Source of the DNA: Octopus sinensis
Taxonomy: Eukaryota
Direction: 5' to 3'
Length of the DNA: 43,930 nucleotides
Assembly: GCF_006345805.1 (NCBI RefSeq)
Contig: NW_021835092.1
Span: 1 to 43,930, forward strand
Part shown: positions 1 through 13,000 of the stretch, piece by piece
Layout of the letters: each line of letters starts with the position of its first letter
Position numbering within the stretch: position 1 is the first letter of the stretch
Translations under genes and position numbers: made by a program
The notes under the pieces: model-generated
The model's database searches: none
Told to the model about the DNA's origin: nothing
Seen by the model: the letters and a program-made list of their open reading frames with translations, nothing else

Positions 1-119
1 ACGAATCCCGATAAAACCACTGACAAAATAAAATAAAATCGATTTTCTGTCCCAACTGAAATGTGCATGTCAGGTGATCGTCCTGTTTCTGGAAGAATTA
101 TGTTGCTGAAGAAAATATG

Positions 120-1640
120 CACCAGAACAATGAAGAAATCGTCTCTAAACGGAAAGTGAACATTTTTCTTATAAATATCCAAAGGAAGCTTGAAGTTGAC
201 AGCTTCGATATCTACAGCCACAATGGTCTTCCTTGACCAGATACAAGAATTGTTGAAGTAGCTAATATTCCAATTGGGTTTAGAGAAGAAACCATTTTTA
301 AGGTGAAAAAATGTATTAATAAACTTCTGCCAACTTTAGACATTGAACAACGACTAGATTTTGATAAAGCTATCAGGTCCATAAATAGTAAAAGAAGGAA
401 GAATTCTGTTCTTAAATGCAAATGGTGGCACAGGGAAAACCTATGTGATCAACATCATACTTGATAGTTGCTACTGCCACGTCTGCTATTGCAACCACTT
501 TGCTTCTGAAAGGGAGAGTTCTTCATTCTATGTCCAGGATTTCTCTCAGTGAGACTACAAAATCAACATTAAGACTCACAAAGAGAGACGCCACAAGAGA
601 ATTTGTGCCTCAATCTGGTCTCTTAGTTATCGATGGGACCAGGATGGGGCCTAAGCATCTCTGTGAGTGCCTTGAAAGGAGATTGCATGATGTGTGAGAC
701 TGTAACAAACCTGTTTGTGAATTTACTATATTACTGTCTGGTGATAGAAAACAAATTCTTGCAGTTATGTCATCTTGGAAGATTATAATTTGTTGATGCA
801 GATCTTTTCTTGAGGATTGAGTAGAAATAGTGAAGATAGGAACCAATCTAAGACTTCTTAAAAAGGTCATTCTGATGAAAAGAGTCTGTTAATCACCATT
901 TTGATGCTGGAAATGGTGATATTTCTGTCGAACAAAGTCTAGGTGCATCCAAAATCAATCTGCTTTACAACTTTGGCCTGTCAAGTTTATGTGATGTTGT
1001 CTTGCAAATAATTTCACAGACCCCATGTGGCTTGCAAACAGACCCAATATTACTCCAACAAATGAAATATCACAATTTGTAAATGAATTCATGTTGACCA
1101 GGATCCCTGGTGAGGTAAAGATATGCAGAAGCTCAGATACAGTTGATAATGAAGCTCTGTACCTAATCAAATTCATCAACACACTCCTACCATCAGGGTT
1201 TCTATGGACATATCCTCACACTAAAGCAAGGAGCTGCATTTTTGAAGAATTTAGATGCTAAACAAGACCATTGCAATGACACAGGCTACGTTATTATCTG
1301 CTTCCAAGATCTTATTTGTGACTGCCGGGTTGGCTTGTGGTTCTTTTGCAGGATCAATGTTGGTATTCTCAGGGATCCCAATGGGTCTCAAGGAATGGAG
1401 TTCCCATTCATGTTACCATACAAACAATTTCCGGTGGAACCATTCTTTGCATTGACATGCAACAAAAGCACAGGGACAGACATTTAAAACAAATTGGAAT
1501 ATATCTTCCAACACAACTCTTCTCCCGTGGTCAGCTATAAGTGTCACTTTCTAGAGTTTGGATGAAGCCTCATGGCAAATTATTGGCAGAGAGAAATAGA
1601 AACCGTATTTACTAACAATCGAGTCGACAAGGAGGTTCTA
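120..1640 (+). mobile_element. Degenerate Helitron PIF1-type helicase region (frameshifted pseudogene)
   Basis: Across frames: GGTGKTYVINII (Walker A), VATATSAIATTLL..GRVLHS, LLVIDG, FINTLLPSG, KNLD....CNDT, QFPV..FALTCNKS.G, GIYLPTQLFSRGQL, terminal KEVL. Confidence 0.9.
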
Positions 1641-1747
1641 TTTGACGGAAATATGCATTTTAAGTAAGTTTCATAATATTGAATTTCATTCTTCATTTTT
1701 TTTCTGAAACTCCACAGAGTTTTAAACTGTTTATGTAACAATGGAAG

Positions 1748-1940
1748 TGTTTAGAGAGGTCGGGGCTTACAACAACAACATCAACAACAAATGAAGATTT
1801 CAAAGTTATCTTTATTTCCAAAGTAAATCTCCAGCAAAAAGGGAGCCAAACCAAGATCTGCTATAATTAGTACCCCGAATCCTACTCCATTCAAATTTAT
1901 CATCTTAAAGACAAGGTGGTTCTGGGTTCTCTATACGTTG
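1748..1940. repeat. Dispersed repeat, homologous to 6457-6690
   Basis: Shared order (CAA)n-aatgaa.atttcaaagtt-tatctttattt-ggagccaaacca-agatctgcta.aattagtacc-gtggttctgggttctcta. Confidence 0.8.
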
Positions 1941-2104
1941 GGAAAAAACATGGCGGTGGTGTTGAGTGTCTGGTCGAAATAAGATCTAAAATACTTTAAT
2001 ATTTCTCTAAACGTAGCGAACTTACAACTTTCAAAGTTACACATAATTCTCGCAACTGGAAATAAATTGGAGACGTTTCATTCTAAGCATGGAAGACTTG
2101 TAGG

Positions 2105-2425
2105 CAAGGTGTGGCTGTGCAGTAAAAAAATTTCCTTCGCAACCAAGTGGTTTCCAGTTCACTCCCAGTGCATGGTACATTAGGCAAGTGTTTTCAGTGT
2201 TTAGTATTATACCCTTGGATGGACCATTCTGGAAAGAATGGAAGCCCGTTGGTGTAGTTTGTGTGGTGATTTGTTCGTGTTTGACGTTGTCTCGCATCAC
2301 CCGTGTGAAGACCGGTGTTGGTTTGTTTACTCCGTCGCAATCTCCGCTTCCGTAAAAGGAACTGATAGACTTATAAGCGTTGATCTGATTAAGGAAACTA
2401 TTTTAGGCGGTGCCCTAGTATGACC
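2105..2425 (+). mobile_element. Degenerate tRNA-head SINE (same family as 22795-23198)
   Basis: gtggctgtgcagtaa head, cagttcactccc box B-like, gaagcccg and ggtgttggtttgtttac core remnants. Confidence 0.6.
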
Positions 2426-2985
2426 GAGCCAAATGAATGCAATTTGTAAAAGAATATACGAACACAATTTTTTTCGTAAATATTTCGAAAATTGTAAATA
2501 TTTTAAAGAAACATCGAAATTAGTTTCAAACTGCTTTTTTCCTTCTCATTACTCATCTTTTGTATTTTTAATTATTTCCTTCTTTTCTTCTTTATGTAAG
2601 AATATTCTGTTTGATAAAAATCCTCATTAATCCTCACATTACATTGAATGGCCATTTCTTCATTAAGCCTTTGTAGCTAATTTGCAGGTTTATCTTTGGA
2701 GTTTTCTGACCAAATGCCAATCAGAAAAATAGAAAAATTATAAACAACCTTTTACACTTTATCATTTCTATATGAGATTTGGCTGTGATTCTAGCTGGTC
2801 TCTCGACTATAGAGGTTGTGTGACGATTGCGGGTTCTAGATTTTGAGTTCTAGTTTAGGAGCAGAAGTGTAAAATGTGAAATTGTTAGATGTCCAAACGA
2901 AAAACAACCAGTGATGTGGAAGATGTTGTTGAAACTAAAAGGGTTCTAATAAGAGTTATATATCCTCTTTCTTTCTCTCCTTCCA

Positions 2986-3369
2986 TCTCCTCTATATAAA
3001 CGGCAGGTTGTCTGTCTGGTGTCGGTGTGTCTGTTTTCTCGTACCCTCACTCTGACCACGGCTTTCAACCGATTCTGATGAAACTTGACACACACATAGC
3101 CCAATGTCATAATTCAAAACTAACGCAGCGAAAAATTTTGAAAAGTTCCCCAGTTCTGAAAAACATCGATAAATTCGACATGGGGTCGAGAATCAGAAAC
3201 ACAAACCACAGACTGTCTAGGGGACGCAACTCGACCTTTTTTACTAAAAAAAAATACCATCGTTTTTTTTTTTTTCATTTTTTTGCTATTTTTTGGGCTA
3301 TAAACTCTCTAAAAATACTTTATAGTTATTTCCCTTACAAACCCGAGCAACGCCGGGTGATAATGCTAG
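2986..3369 (+). mobile_element. Non-autonomous Helitron with both termini
   Basis: A|TC...tctatataaa 5' end; 3' hairpin cccgagcaacgccggg then CTAG|T; inserted in an AT dinucleotide. Confidence 0.8.
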
Positions 3370-3659
3370 TCTTGCTATAATTCAGTATTACTACTCTCGC
3401 ACCCAGCTTTCATTATTACCTCATACCCTTCCTCTATTAGTAAATATATTTATCGTTCGGCTTCTCTTTCTCTTCTGCGCACTCTCCCCCTCTAACTATC
3501 CCAGTCTCTGCCTCTGTCTCTCCTTCTATCTCTCCCCCTCTCTCTCTCTCTCCCTTCATGTTGGTCACTCCCTACAATACAGTAGCCTTCCCCTCTCCTA
3601 CTTTCTGTTTTAACTCCTCCTCTGCCTACGTTTCGATACACATATCATTTACTATCGAT

Positions 3660-4220
3660 TTCTCTCTCTCTCTCTCTCTTTCACTCTCTTTCTCTCTCGC
3701 TTTCTCTCTCTCTCCTCTCTCTCGTTCTCTCTCTCTCTCTCGTTCTCTCGCTTTCTCTCTCACTTTCTCTTTCACTCTCTCTCTCTCTCTCTCGTTCTCT
3801 CTCTCACTTTCTCTCTCGTTCTCTCTCTCACTTTCTCTCTCACTTTCTCTTTCACTCTCTCTTTCTCTCTCGCTTTCTCTCTCTCTCTCTCTCTCTTTCT
3901 CACTCTCTTTCTCTCTCGCTTTCTCACTCTCTCTCTTTCTCTCGCTTTCTCTCTCGTTCTCTCTCTCACTTTCTCTCTCACTTTCTCTTTCACTCTCTCT
4001 TTCTCTCTCGCTTTCTCTCTCTCTCTCGTTCTCTCTCTCACTTTCTCTCTCGTTCTCTCTCTCACTTTCTCTCTCGTTCTCTCTCTCACTTTCTCTTTCA
4101 CTTTCTCTTTCACTCTCTCTTTCGCTCTCGCTTTCCCTCTCTCTTACTCTCTCTCTTTCTCTCTCTCTCTCTCTCTTTCTCTCACTTTCTCTTTCTCTTT
4201 CCCTCTCTCTTACTCTCTCG

Positions 4221-4258
<38 letters not shown>

Positions 4259-4277
4259 TTCTCTCTCTCTCTCCTCA
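3660..4277. repeat. Compound (CT)n polypyrimidine tract with cactt/cgtt/cgctt variants
   Basis: Seen directly; explains ORFs 3558..4280 and 3772..4113. Confidence 0.97.
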
Positions 4278-4667
4278 TAATTACTCCAAAAGAGATTATG
4301 ACATCACAATTCCGAGAAATATCATCTGAATACTATAATCTCTTCAATTCGACTTCCTTCACAATTGGTGTCGTATCGATCAAACGATGATATCTATAAT
4401 AACTATCGATCTATTTAATTCGTATCTTGATTTCCAGCAATTTCTTCATAAATTTCCCAGTATATTGATTTCTTCTTCCTGAAGCTGTCTTTTCTTTCTT
4501 CTTTCACTTCTCTTCTTCCTTTCTTAAGCTCATTCATTCATTCTTTCTTTCCTTCGTTGTTTGACTTAGCGATTATTTATTGATCTTTGATTTAAACATA
4601 TTTGTCACATTTTAGCTTACTGTTACAGTCTCATTGAATCTCCTGTATCTCTCTCACTCTATCTTAG

Positions 4668-4746
<79 letters not shown>

Positions 4747-4756
4747 TATATATATA
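4668..4756. repeat. (AT)n microsatellite
   Basis: Seen directly. Confidence 0.97.
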
Positions 4757-6308
4757 AATGAAATAAGTAATAATGATGTCAAGGCATTAGACCACTACGG
4801 CTGTTTCAAGCAGACCCATTTAGTATCAGTGAATCTCTCTCTCTCTCACTCTCTCTCTATTATATATATATATTTCTTAAAAATCAGCATGAAAAAGCCG
4901 TGTATTTCCAAAAATACTTACTCCTTTCCTTACATGTTTTCTCAGTTTATGGCGATGATAATCATTGATTTCACAATTAACATCTCATATTTCACGTGCC
5001 TTCAACGAGATCTTTACACAGTTCTTATCCTTGTTTATGGAAAGTGCCACCAGCATAAACGAAGTGTACAATTTAACATATAGCATCTGTTTAGGGATTC
5101 TCTGATCATTAATCTGAAGAAGATGTCCTGTTCACCGTAATTGGTGATGGTATATCATCATTATTCTCTGTGCTTTTATAATTTGACAAATCCAACCTCT
5201 CTTCTCTGGGCAACATATTTTCCTTTTGATGCTTTTAAAATATGAAAATTCCTTTGACAGTCATTGACCAGAACAAGATGAAGATCTCAGTCAGTAAAGG
5301 AATTTGTCTGGGGTCATCAAAGTTTGAAGTTACTCTTTTTAGTTTTATAAAGTCACTAAAAGTCTTACGTTTTCTCAATTTATAGAAAACTCGCTCTTTT
5401 ATATCAGTTTATTGGCTATTCATTAAATGTTAAATTAAATTTGCTGCAGCTGGGTCTATATAAACAGTAACCTACTGTTTTGAACAACTTACTATTTTGT
5501 TGTGTGTTATTTACTCACATATAATGTGTGAATATTTCAACCCCAGCTATTCAAGCAAAAATCAGAAGCATTATTTAGAATAATTTGGTTTTAAAACGAA
5601 ACATTTTAAATAATAATTTTCTGAATGAAGTCCTTTTTTTTCTATTTCAAATACCTTTTTTATTTAATTTCAATATTTGTCCCCTTCAATCAGAAAAGAA
5701 TCCAGTAAGGCGTGGATAATACTTATGAGTCTTCCTTTCCAATTCCACAAAAGTCTGCTCGGTAGAGCTTCCTGTCACATCTTATAATGTACATAAAGGT
5801 CTCATGTGTTTACTTATTTAATCTTGGTCTCTGCTGTAAGAACTTGAAATCTAATTTCAAATTAAAATAAGAGTGGAGTAGTATGAAGGTAAATATTGTA
5901 GGGAAGAATTGTACTCTTCCTTTATCTGAATTTATTTAAAAGGAGTTATTTGAAATCACATGGAATTATAATAACCAATGTTGCACCATTATTTTATTCT
6001 GACAGGATGTTTCAGAACAATTATTAAATACATAAATTGCTGATTTGCTTTTACAATGTACAATCGTTAAGTTTTGTTTTCTACTGAGAAAAATTGCAGT
6101 AATTAGTAAATAACGATGATCCTGAAGTAAGAATATTAAAAAAAATTGTATACTGCACTCACAAACCCCTGAAGTTTTATTCAACAGCCTCCACTTTGGA
6201 GAGTCCTGTCTTAAACCACAACAGGACAAAGTGAGATATCCTTAGATACATCATATATTATATAGAAAGAAATACTATCTCTGTAGGATATATAAAGGGA
6301 AAAGACAT

Positions 6309-6310
<2 letters not shown>

Positions 6311-6369
<59 letters not shown>
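6311..6369. repeat. (AT)n microsatellite
   Basis: Seen directly. Confidence 0.97.
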
Positions 6370-6371
<2 letters not shown>

Positions 6372-6456
6372 AGGCATTCTATTCTAAACTAAAAATGAAG
6401 GTAGATAACTATCAATATAGCAGAAGATATTAAAGCTGTCTATATAGCCATGGGGT

Positions 6457-6690
6457 TGTTTAGGGAGGGATTAGATATACAACAACAACAACAACAACAA
6501 TAAATGAACATTTCAAAGTTTATCTTTATTTCAGAAGTTAATCTTTAAGAAGAAAGGAGCCAAACCAGTAAGGTAATGTTATATGGTAGAGAGATCTGCT
6601 AGAATTAGTACCTAAATCCTCCTCAATTCACAATTATCACTTTAAAGAAGGACAGATAGGACAACGTGGTTCTGGGTTCTCTACATTAAG
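6457..6690. repeat. Second copy of the 1748-1940 repeat, in the probable 3' UTR of the gene
   Basis: Same motifs with two short insertions (~6570-6593, ~6650-6660). Confidence 0.8.
6525..6530 (-). terminator. Candidate polyadenylation signal AATAAA of the ANK-RING-DD gene
   Basis: First minus-strand AATAAA I found after the stop, about 270 nt downstream, followed by a UG-rich (TTG)n tract. Confidence 0.35.
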
Positions 6691-6798
6691 GATAAAGCCA
6701 GGAGAGCCCTGGCTAGAGGCTAGAAGACATTTGATTATAGGTCTCTGCTTGGTCGCGATTGACCTCGGATGAGACAATTACATTATTTACACAAAATT

Positions 6799-7001
6799 TT
6801 ACATCATATGAGGTAGACATTCGAGTGCATCGAAACACTCAAATTTCTCAAGAGCTTCTCCGAGTGTTCTGTGTGTTCGCGTCTCTGGATCACAAGTTGT
6901 AAACCATCTCCGCAGCATCTGGAAGCTTTGTTCAACGGTGTCAAGAGGATTGTCATTTTTGATGATTTCCAATCGAACAGTTTTAATTCCTAATTCTCTT
7001 C
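6799..7001 (-). CDS. Terminal death-domain exon (G)[66 protein letters not shown]
   Basis: Acceptor gttttgcag; LG+...+..I......EQ..QML..W......L..AL death-fold pattern; TAA stop. Confidence 0.9.
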
Positions 7002-10000
7002 CTGCAAAACATACAACAGTTAGAAATAACTGCAACAACATAAACAATATTATAAAAGATGTTTACTGTAGTTTGTTATAAATACAACAAAGGCATTATG
7101 TCCATAGAGGAATGAGAAGTAGTTAAGAAACATAAAATATATAAGACATCGTTCTCTATTTCTAAGAACGCTGATTAAATAATAACAAAGAGGTTGAAGT
7201 ACAGGATGAAAATTGTGAAGATTTTAAAGAGAATTAATTGTAAATTACATTTGAGAATATGGTAAATAGATGGCAGGAGAAGTGTTTATGGGGGCAAAAG
7301 TATATGAGAACCTAGAAAATCAACATAGACGACCAACAGTCAAACCATTTGATCCATCCGTCCATTTCCCCTGCTCAATATTCCTGGGAGGGTTTTGGGG
7401 TAGAGGCCTCCTCTATAGGGTCCCATCAGATGCAACCGTCGTAAGACGTTTTGGTTGGTTTCCTATGCGCAAACAACTAAGACTATGAATATGATCCAAC
7501 CATTTCGTTTTTGGTCTACCCCTAGGTCTTCTACTCCATTGGTTTTGTTTTGAGAATTTGTCCTTTAATTTGTTCCTGCGACATTCCGATCATATGTTTG
7601 TAGTACCAGAGATGTGAACATGAAGAGACTCCCATATTTCTGAACTATACATTCTATTGAGTAATGTTACTCTAAAGACCCATAAATGGAATCTCATTCT
7701 GACTGTTTGATAACATCCTATGATCAATGACTAAAGCATATCACGATTTAAAAATATCTTGATTGATTTTCTGGATTGAACTCTCAGAAAAAGCTAGGTA
7801 CATCTGAACTAATTAAAATACGAAAAGACAAGATACAAAAATGACCTCCACGTATTATATTTTGTCCATCTGTTTGGCTTTCACTTTTCAATTCCTTCAA
7901 TTTTTTTCCGATTGATTTCAAATTTCATGTATTGATGTAGAGTTGTATGCTAATTATGGAAATGATTCACTTTCCCCCCAAATTTAATAAATAAAAACTT
8001 AACAGCTTTTAAATCTACAAATTTTGTATTGTACTTTAGTCACTCGAAATCCACAAATGCATTGGCACCCGTTTCCATGGTATCAAGCTAAGGTGTTGTG
8101 TAGCCTCCTTACTCGTCTGTTACCTTTTATTCTTGCTTTTACACGTCTGTTATTGTCACTCTGAAACTTCCCCTTCTAAGGTTGACTCGTGTCTCTGCGA
8201 GTTTATTTGGCACAGGGATTACGAAAATTGGCAGGAATTCTGGTTTTCTTATCCCCACATAATCCCAAATAACTTTCTGTATTTTGGGGGATTTTCAGAA
8301 ACTGATTGCAAATTTGTGTTCTATACATGGGAATTATAAAATTATGAAGTAAAAATCTGTGTGAGTTAAGTTAAGTTAATTTTTTGGCTCAAAAGCAAAA
8401 AGCAAGGCCATGTAGGGGGACATGGAGTTAAGTACAGGGTGGTGTTCATGTAAAGAGTTCAGGCCACTTGAGGTCAAGGGAGACTTTGAACAAAGCGGTC
8501 GTCGGCATCTTCACCATCTTGTCTGTTAATGGCGATTTAGCTGTTGTTTTTAGCACATCTCCTTACCACCTGACATCTTCCTCGTTTCCTTGCTACTATG
8601 ACATGTATTGATGTCTTTCAATATTTTTCCTCCCATAAACTCATTAAATGGAATGATCATGCAGTGAAGGGTGGTCGGTTGCTGGGATTTAGGCAAAGAA
8701 TTCGGACAAACTCTGTATTTCAAACTCTGATTTGAAAAACAAAAAATTGGAAAAGTGTATAAATTTTAGGATGTATGAAGGTAAGGGATTAATAAATGTT
8801 TTGAAATAAGTTTGCTTAATCAGAGGAATTCCCGTGAGTAGGACTCAAATTTGCAAACATTTTCTCAAAACTCCAAAAAATAAAAAAAACTGTATACGTT
8901 CAAATGGGATGCTTAAATCAGAATTTTCTTTTACAAACTCCTAAACTGCGTCGCAAACTTTCGTTATTTTTTCGTAATTCAACATTCCCATTTAGTTTAT
9001 ATTGTTTTTTCTCGTTTTTCTAATTTTTCTCATGCCTGTTATGATATTTCACATAAGTTAATTGATTAAAACTTATTAAAACTTCCGTCGTTGAATTTTT
9101 TGTCGTCGTAATGTCGTCATCTGTTGTCGCTGTTTTGTGATCCCGCTCAAAATGCTTTCTTCCAAATCCTGTTTTCTCATTGGGTAAAAATTATCAAAAT
9201 TTAATCTGCTAACATTTGAAGAAATTTTTCTGGAACAAGTGAATAACATCAGGTTCAGTATGAAACAATATATCAATAGTTTCCCCTTGATAATAAAATT
9301 TCAAAAGTTAAAGCAAAAAAAAAAAGAATGATACGCATTTCTTTCACGGTGTCAATGCCATGATTTAGAGAGAAATCAATAATGGATCGGTGTTATGATA
9401 AAGCTAGAAATGAGAAGAGATTTAGTTAGTAGGAAAGAAGGCAGGACCCACCAACCTCTACGTTATTCACCTACATACAATAAACCACTATATGTGGGTG
9501 CTGCCTGGTACACTACTAGATGGACACTGGACAGTGGAGAGGCTACATGTCACACAATATACACAGAAAGCTGTGAGAAAGGACCATTTAATGATGCCGT
9601 CCTGTACTCTCAAATATGTCCCCTATCTATTATTATCAAAACCGCTGACCTCGGTGGATATTTTCTGAGTCACTTTAAAGAATCCCTTTAAAGCTAACCT
9701 TTCAATTGGATAGAAGGAATGGGACCTTTTTTTCAGTCTGAAACTTATATAAATCAATTAGGTACTCTTATTTTATACTCACCGACTTGTTGCCATTTTC
9801 CTCCTAAATTTTGTGCGACATCTTGGAGAAACTTTTCATCTAACACTGGAGACTCTGAAATAGATATTCCGAAATTAGATACTTAAAGTTAATTTTCTTT
9901 ATTAATAATCTATATTTATTATTGTGAGAAATTCCTATCATAATTGGTCACTGGTGACCGCTATGGTTCGGTCAGCATTATACTTTCCACGGAGGCCTCA

Positions 10001-13000
10001 TATAATAGCTCAATACTTAGGCCCACATCAAAATACACTAACCTTTCTAATTTCCTATCTCTTTTACGGCTTCTTAATAGTGTAATAATGTTACTATTAT
10101 CTCATTTAATTATCACAGTATTTTTTTAGTTTTGTATTTCTTCCATTACATCTGTGCGAAATCTATGACATGGCATTGGCCTCTGGCGTCTAGACTTCAC
10201 TAACCAACTCTCTTCTCATTTGCTTAATTCCAATATTAACCCAGTTTGCCGTCAAACATGCAGCCACAAACACATGGCACCTCACACCAAGTAGAATAGA
10301 CATGCATCTGCTAACGTTGCTGCTGGTAATCTTTAACTAACATCACGGTTCACCATCTGATTCAGGAAATATTTGAAGACTCCTTCTTAAAGCAGCTTTT
10401 TTTAAAAGCAGAGAAATGATTAGTTCTACACAGGTGGAACACAAACTGTCCACATCACTGTACACCGGAATGTTATGTAACTCAAGAAATGTTTGCAAAT
10501 ATTTGAACGCCATACATTCTCCATAATAAGGGCATTTGTTCAGGTGGGTAATGGTTAGATTCTGCACAGGGGGCGAAATAGCATGATATCTCTCACACAT
10601 TATCATATGAAAACATTTGAAAAGTATTCGAGGAGGTACCTGCGAAAAACTGGAATTTTGCAATATTATTTTATTCACTTAGCTTTACACGTTTACACTT
10701 TTACAGCCCTCAAAGTATTATCCATTTGAAGCAATCCTCGGCCCAGAAGCTTTAATATGAAGCTGTAATATTATACTCACCAACTGGCTTTGTTGTAGAG
10801 GATGTAGGCTCTGACACCTTCGAGAATTTCCCATGCGTTGGAGCCTCTGAAAAAATATGTTCAAGTTTCAGGCATTAAAGTTTCGTTATCATTCATACTA
10901 TATTTATTGTTGTGAGATATTCTTATCGTCCATAATCAACTGGTGAGCACTATTTTTTCCACCAACATTTCTATACTTTTTACTGTGATCCTATTAAATG
11001 CGCCAAATGTAGGACCGTGTAATAACCCAATATATAGGTCTACTACTAAATAGACTGACCTTCCTAAATCTCCTCGCACTATTAAGACATCCTACATAAT
11101 CTAACACTATTGCACTTATCTCATTTAATAATCACTTGTTAACACTGCTAATCTCCTTATTATATAATCTAATCTATGACATGATTGTCCTCTCATCTCT
11201 AGACTTCACTAATCAACATTCTTCTCGTTTTCTACTTAATTCCATGACAACCAAATTGGTCCTCAAAAGTCGGACCATGACACATCGTTTCAGGTAGGAT
11301 AAACATAACCCCGCTCTCTTTTTTAAAGGTCACTGTTGGCAATCTTTACTTTTAACTGACCACATCACACTTCATCAGAATATCATCTGATTAAGGAAAT
11401 ATTTGAAAATATTTCCATGTCAATCATTCTCTTAATAAGCGACTTTTTTCAGGTGAACAATGATTAGTTCTACACAGGTGGAGAGGTAAGCGATAACAGG
11501 TATCCTGAAACACTGTACTTTTGTACAAAACCTCCTTAGCAACAAAATCACTGTTCATGTACACATTATTACAAAGGGGTTATATCCAAATTGAGAACTA
11601 ACAATTTATTCTGGAGAATATATAAATCGAACTGGAAACATGAAATTTTGCACTTTTTTTAGTAGTTTTGAATTATCAGTTGTTTTCTGTCCATCTTCAG
11701 CTTTGCCATGGTCTCACTACCCCAGTATGTATCAGTCAACAAGATAGCGTACCACCATCTTTACCTTTTGGTTTGTCTTTCACTTTTGGCATGAGTTCTC
11801 CTGCCGTTCGTAACTTCCCTTGCTCCAGCTGACCATTCACAAATGATATACTGCATTACTTATTTGTTTGAAACCACATTCTTGACTAAGTACTAACTCT
11901 ATCGAGTCTACTAACCAGAACTATTTGCATATCCTTTTAGTCTCTTGTTAGTATTGTTATGTCAGCCATGAATATATTTCCGTGGAGCAATTTCTTCTGG
12001 ACATTCTGTTAATCTAATTAGCAAAACTATAAAGATCACCAACCAACTGATATTGTGCAACCTACAGTTATTCCAGATCCAGAACCTGGCAGTCTTTTGT
12101 CAAGTTTTATCCTATGAAACACATTTTGAAACTGTTATAGCATCTCCTCATCAGATCCTTAATCTCCTCCCATTTATGAAAGAAATTCCTTGTTTCCATC
12201 AACAATGTGTGTGGTACAGAACAATAAGCATTAGCCAGATCAAGCCATACTACATCCGAAACCCTTTTATTCTTCTTTGCATTTTATATGGCATCCCAGA
12301 TTTAAAATGCATGTTCTACACACCAGACATTCTCCGAATTCTAGTCTTCTGGATATTTTCTGTCATATAACCATTATTTGCTGACATGTAACTGATTTCA
12401 TAGCAAGTACACCCATGTAAATCTTGCCATTCAAGATTGAAATTGGCTTCAATTGGTCACTTAGTTCTGCATTAACTTACTTTGATGAATAAAATCCTTT
12501 GGCTTGCACCATTCATTAATCAGTTACCCTTTATCCCACAACTCTCTAAATAGTAATTAATGCTTATAACACCTGGGCACAACATTTGTACACGTTCTAT
12601 GGTACACAATCACCTCCCGTTGCAATCTCCGGTCTTGCCTTCTTCACTAAGCTTTATACTTGTTTCTTGCTGAAATCGCAAAGCTGAAATATTTGATTAC
12701 TGGTTTCATTGGACATTTCAATACAAACATGAGCAGGTAAAGTTGACTTCGCTTGGGATCATTGTATATCTCCCGTATATTCTTGTTCACTTCATCTTTA
12801 TTTCGTTATAATCTGCTGCTCTTAGCGGCTGCAAAAAGAATCCTAGCACCGTAAGCAGGGTTCTTAAGGAGCTGCTATCTAAAGTGTTCACTATCCTTTC
12901 TCATTTCAACCCGTCCGATGTCTCTTTGAATGTATTTGATTGTATTGTATCATACAGCCTCTATGAAGTTTGGAGAAAGGGAAACAGACAACGGTTTTCT

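Noticed and set aside
3558-4280. Ser/Leu ORF and antisense Arg/Glu ORF
   Set aside because: Translation of a (CT)n tract.
11478-11485. Plus-strand cag|GTGGAGAG|gtaag micro-exon look-alike
   Set aside because: Opposite to the gene, not kept in the other cassettes, and no plus-strand partner exons.
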